Source: Eledone cirrhosa (taxonomy: Eukaryota). Taken from it: a stretch of DNA of 64,000 nt. Below are positions 59,240 through 64,000 of this stretch, one piece after another. A program made the translations under genes and the position numbers. Below the pieces are notes generated by a model. That model was not told the origin of the DNA and did not search any database. It was given only the letters and a program-made list of their open reading frames with translations. Location: NCBI GenBank assembly GCA_964016885.1, contig OZ024742.1, positions 256,556,001 to 256,620,000 on the forward strand. Direction: 5' to 3'. Each line of letters starts with the position of its first letter. Positions within the stretch are counted from its first letter, which is position 1.

Positions 59240-59271
<32 letters not shown>

Positions 59272-59386
59272 TATATATATATAACGAAGGAAGTGTGGTA
59301 AGGAACCAGATAGACCATAACGCACCACACACTCACACACTGGTGCGCGCACACACATACGCGTGCGCTCACACCCACCCGCCTAC

Positions 59387-59445
<59 letters not shown>

Positions 59446-60382
59446 GTGCCTCCACACACATATATGTATATATATAAATATCTATATATACATACATATT
59501 TATTAAAATAACAGATTAAAGTATAATATACATATATATATATATATAGGAACGAGTAGGACCCCGACGTCTGAGCTCAAGCCCTTTCGACGCCTAATTC
59601 TGGACTAAATGAAAATGTTTATCCTGGTATATGAATAGTCGAGCTTCTCAAGGGGTTATTCCATATATGGTAAATGTGATTGTCACAAGGATTGGTCAAA
59701 AGTTTGTTGTTGAGACATAATAGTTCTATCATGGCAATTAGTGGAGGGAAGGGGTAGCTGAACCTTCCAGTGGGAGAAAGAGGGAGAGTGTGTGGAGGAG
59801 ACCCAGTCATGCGTTGATAGTGCCGACTACAGCTGGGCATGGGGTCAAGGAAGATACTAGGGAGGGGAAGGGGGAGGAAGTCGAAACAATATGAAAAACA
59901 ATATGGGTTAAATATATAGAAAAATACCGAGAGTGTTAAAAAGCAATTAAATGTAAAAAAAAAAAAAAAAAACAATTTCTGGTTACTACGACTTAAGGAC
60001 ATCTATCAAGACTCTCACTGGTCCTGCTAGGCTAAAGAAAGGTTTACTAGGTGGGACGGAATTATAAAGAGACCCTTTTAAGAGGTATAAGTAATAAACC
60101 GAGTATATCTTACGGTGACGGGTCAACAAGTGAGGGGCCAAAATACTAAAGAAACTACCACGAAATAATAAATAAAGGTTTCTACCCCAAGCACAAGGCC
60201 AGCAACCACCCAGTGCAAAAAAAGTACCCTAAGTATTGAGTACTTTGGTGCGTTATGGTCCACCTGGTTCCTTACCACATTTCCTCCGTTATCTAGCTCC
60301 TATCCCAGTAGTAGAGCACTTTCCGACCCTACCACGCCGTATCCAGACTTTTCCGCTAAGCTCAAGTTCTTTCACCCGCACC

Positions 60383-62531
60383 ATGCGAAAATACAACATT
60401 GACTTCTTTACCAAGAACATCCCAGTCCCACCGAAAAAACTTTACCTTCGGATGCTCACGCAAAAAATCGATCTATTTGCGAAAAGACTTAGATGGAGAA
60501 CTTTTTTCTACGACAGATATTGCGACAATCAGGACTTCGCTACCAAGGAGAGATTCGGATTTATTACCTACAAATTTCCCCCTCCGAACCCTATGCGCTC
60601 ACCCTTCGAAAATGACCTTTTCCAAATGGTCAACAACATTAAATTCAAACCCATACACAACCGATTCCTACAAAAACTCCGTAGCAACTTAACAGAGTAT
60701 GATAACACCAATGACATCATGGTGCACTCGGATAAAACTGGTAACCTCTACTTTGTCAGCCCCGACAGATACCACACACTGATCAGGAGCAGCCTAAACT
60801 CCACCTATAAAAAGGCTAACCACTCATGCATCGAGGACATAAATCGAGATGGACAACAAATTACCTCCAGTCTCGGGGTCGCCAACCGCACGGAATCCCT
60901 AGACCCACGGATCCCTACTTCACACTGAAGGACCACAAATCCGATTTCGACCGTAAACCTTCTATCAGGCTTATAAACCCAACGTAGTCCGACATAGGGA
61001 GAATCAGCAAAAAAATCCTAGACCGCGTTATAGCAAAAGTTAAGCAACACGCCAGACTTAGCCTATGGGTTATCTCATGGTTTAACAATATGGAGGAAAA
61101 ACGAGACACTAAATTCATCCAGTTTGACATAGAGAATTACTATGCTTCAATCACCTTACCGCTACTTACGGCTGCCTTGGATTTCGCCGAAGCACTTGTG
61201 CCCATCACCGACCAGGAAAGAAACATTATCCTCCACGCCAGGAAGACAGTCTTACTCTTCGACAACTCCAAATGTATAAAGAGAGCTCCCGACTCACCCT
61301 TCGACGTCAGCATGGGCGCGACGGATTCGGCTGAGGACACAGATCTTATAGGATTATTCCTAATAGCCAAACTCACCGATACGTTTCCTGCATTCGGCGG
61401 TGGATTGTACCGTGATGATGGGCTCCTTACCCTTAACGGGTACAACCCTAGTAGTACAGATCGGGTCCGTAAACGATTAATCAGCTTCTTCCGCGACTGG
61501 GGATTTAAAATAACCCTACAAACGTCCCTGACCCGAGTAAACTTCCTCGACGTTACCCTTGACCTCGATAATGACCTGTACTACCCATACAGGAAACCTA
61601 ACGACAACCTGCATTACATCCACCGCCGGTCAAACCATCCTAGGAACATCACCAATAACCTGGTTAAAAACATCTCCCTCCGCATATCTCGTTTGTCAGC
61701 TAATGAGCAGATATTCGAGGAACATGCGCCTTATTACAACCAGGCCCTCAAGCGGAGTGGTTTCCGGGAGGAAATATCCTACTGTCCAGCTTCCATTAGC
61801 GGAACCAGCAGGCGACAGCGCCGCTAACGCAATATAACATGGTTCAATCCTCCCCACCACGCCGAGGTGACAACTCCTATCGGGAAAATCTCCTTTAGGC
61901 TCATTGAAATACACTTCCCACTACAACGCCGCTACCACAACACAATTAACAAAAATACCATCAAACTCTCTTACAGCACCACACCAAACTTTGTACAAAA
62001 CATCGTCTCCTCTAACAACAAAAAACTCAACCCTATGGAAGAAATAAGCTAAATAGCAGTGGAGAGCCGTCCAGGAGGTGCAACTGTCCTGATGGATCCA
62101 TTTTCCCCCTCGACAACAGATGCAGAGATCGTAATGTGATCTACCAGTGCAACGTGAGGACGGACACCTCCAACAAAACTTATATAGGATTAACAGCATG
62201 TGACTTCAAGACCCGGCTATACCAACACAGGCATATCTTCCGAAACCCGGCCCGGCGTCATGCCACTACACTTTCGGGCCACATATGGGACCTCAAGGAT
62301 AACAACATTACCTATGATCTCACTTGGAGCTTACTGCCCAGAGCCAACTCTTACACGGGAGGACGCTGTCCGTGCAATTTATGCTCGGAGGAAACTTTAC
62401 AAATGCTGATTTCGACGGACCAACTCCTAAATAAGAAAGATGAACTGGTTACTGCATGTAAACACAGATTGCGTAGGACCTACCTCGCCCTCAAACCCCA
62501 TAATGACCCGGGGGGTAGACTAGGGCTATAA
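60383..62531 (+). pseudogene. PLE RT (YRDD type) + GIY-YIG with several frameshifts/stops
   Basis: SDKTGNLY, TLKDHK, IQFDIENYYASI, MGATDSAE, GLYRDDGL, VNFLDVTLDL, SNHP, IYQCNV..YIGLTA..FKTR..HIWDLK..CNLC. Confidence 0.93.
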
Positions 62532-63652
62532 CACCCCACTTGCCGATTTTGTAATGGGTAACCCCTGCTTGCAAAGGTCGACGTAAGATCTTTTTTTCTA
62601 TCTTTTTATCGCTTCTTCTATATTTCCTTCTTCCCCCCATCCCTTCCTAGTCCTTCCACCCCAGTCCTCTTTTTTTGTCGTCGTCCTTTTCATTTTCTCG
62701 CCCACCCGAGGCAGCCCCTCGGTCCTTTGTATCCTCAGTACTTCCACGCCCTTCCCCTATTCTATGATAGATTTGGCCGACTACGCTTTTTATAGCAGAT
62801 GTGTTAGACCCCGGATACTTGCCTTCTTATCCGATCGCTGCCCCTTTTCCGTGCTTTCTATATTTCTTTAGTGGTATCTTTGCTTTAATTTCTCGTATTT
62901 CAGTATATATATATTTTTTTTTTTTGGGGGGGGGGGATTCTGAATTAATGTTCCGTATCAAATTTTACATATACTTCGTACGAGCATTTATGTAGTTTGC
63001 ACTAGAATTTTTGTTTCGTGGCGGCACTCTTAGAGATGGTATTAGTATTCTTTTTTAGGATACTGAATTATTATTTCGTGTTAGTTTATTTTTTTGCACT
63101 GGGTGGTTGCTGGCCTTGTGCCTGGGGTAGAAACCTTTATTTATTATTTCGTGGTAGTTTCTTTAGTATTTTGGCCCCTCACTTGTTGACCCATCACCGT
63201 AAGATAAACTCTGTTTATTACTTATACCGCTTAAAAGGGTCTCTTTATAATTCCGCCCCACCAAGTAAACCTTTCTTTAGCCTAGCAGGACCAGTGAGAG
63301 ACTTGATAGCTGTCCTTAAGTCGTAGTAATCCGAAATTGTTTTTGTTTTTTTTTACATTTATTTGCTTTTTAACACTCTCGGTATTTTTCTATATATTTA
63401 ACCCATATTGTTTTACATATTGTTTCGACTTCCTCCCCCTTCCTCTCCCTAGTATCTTCCTTGACCCCATGCCCAGCTGTAGTCGGCACTATCGACGCAT
63501 GACTGGGTCTCCTCCACACACTCTCCCTCTTTCTCCTACTGGCAGGTTCAGATACCCCTTCCCTCCACTAATTGCCATGATAGAACTATTATGTCTCAAC
63601 AACAAACTTTTGACCAATCCTTGTGACAATCACATTTACCATATATGGAATT

Positions 63653-63748
63653 ACCCCTTGAGAAGCTCGGCTATTCATATACCAGGATAAACATTTTCAT
63701 TTAGTCCAGAATTAGGCGTCGAAACGGCTTGAGCTCAGCCGTCGGGGT
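63653..63748 (+). ncRNA. Hammerhead with U3-A8 core and full stem III (family O); inverted copy 59561-59656 (-)
   Basis: ACCCC-TTGAGAA-[~55-nt stem II domain]-GAAAC-GGCT-TGAGCTC-AGCC-GTC-GGGGT. Confidence 0.75.
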
Positions 63749-63839
63749 CCTACTCGTTCCTATTACCCACTCTACTACCCTAAGTATTGAGTACTTTGGT
63801 GCGTTATGGTCCACCTGGTTCTTTACCACATTTGCTCCG

Positions 63840-63932
<93 letters not shown>

Positions 63933-64000
63933 AATTCAAATATTAACAAATTAACAAAATAGATATTCTTGTGATCAATTTAATTTTATTATACATATTT

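Larger units (their letters stand above)
59548..63843 (+). mobile_element. Full-length PLE (family O): inverted pLTR + partial direct pLTR + ORF + 3' UTR/pLTR
   Basis: 59548-60222 inverted vs 63088-63762; 60225-60291 direct vs 63776-63842; (TA)n both sides. Confidence 0.95.

Overview
AT-rich eukaryotic (animal) genomic DNA made almost entirely of transposable-element debris and (TA)n/(CA)n/(GA)n microsatellites. The SINE families resemble those of octopod cephalopods (inference from recall, not a search). I cannot support any host gene exon. Recognisable elements: two decayed Helitrons (Rep/Pif1 helicase) plus a small non-autonomous one, three RTE-like LINEs (one nearly intact, with a PHD-type finger), one CR1-like LINE, a DNA-transposon fragment, tRNA-derived SINEs, and many Penelope-like elements (PLEs; RT plus C-terminal GIY-YIG) from at least three lineages. 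The main signal is absent from the ORF track. Read by eye, about 28 type-I hammerhead ribozyme (HHR) motifs in roughly 14 unrelated sequence families lie in PLE pseudo-LTRs and in small non-coding elements. Most have a minimal, often palindromic stem III and many have AATAAA just downstream. Three families carry the compensatory U3-A8 core, one has a stem II domain over 110 nt, and three non-coding families form retrozyme-like tandem units (~316, 420 and ~523 nt). Almost every such element is bounded by (TA)n and carries an inverted copy of its own 3' end, including near-perfect fold-back palindromes. All motif calls are manual; ribozyme activity is untested.
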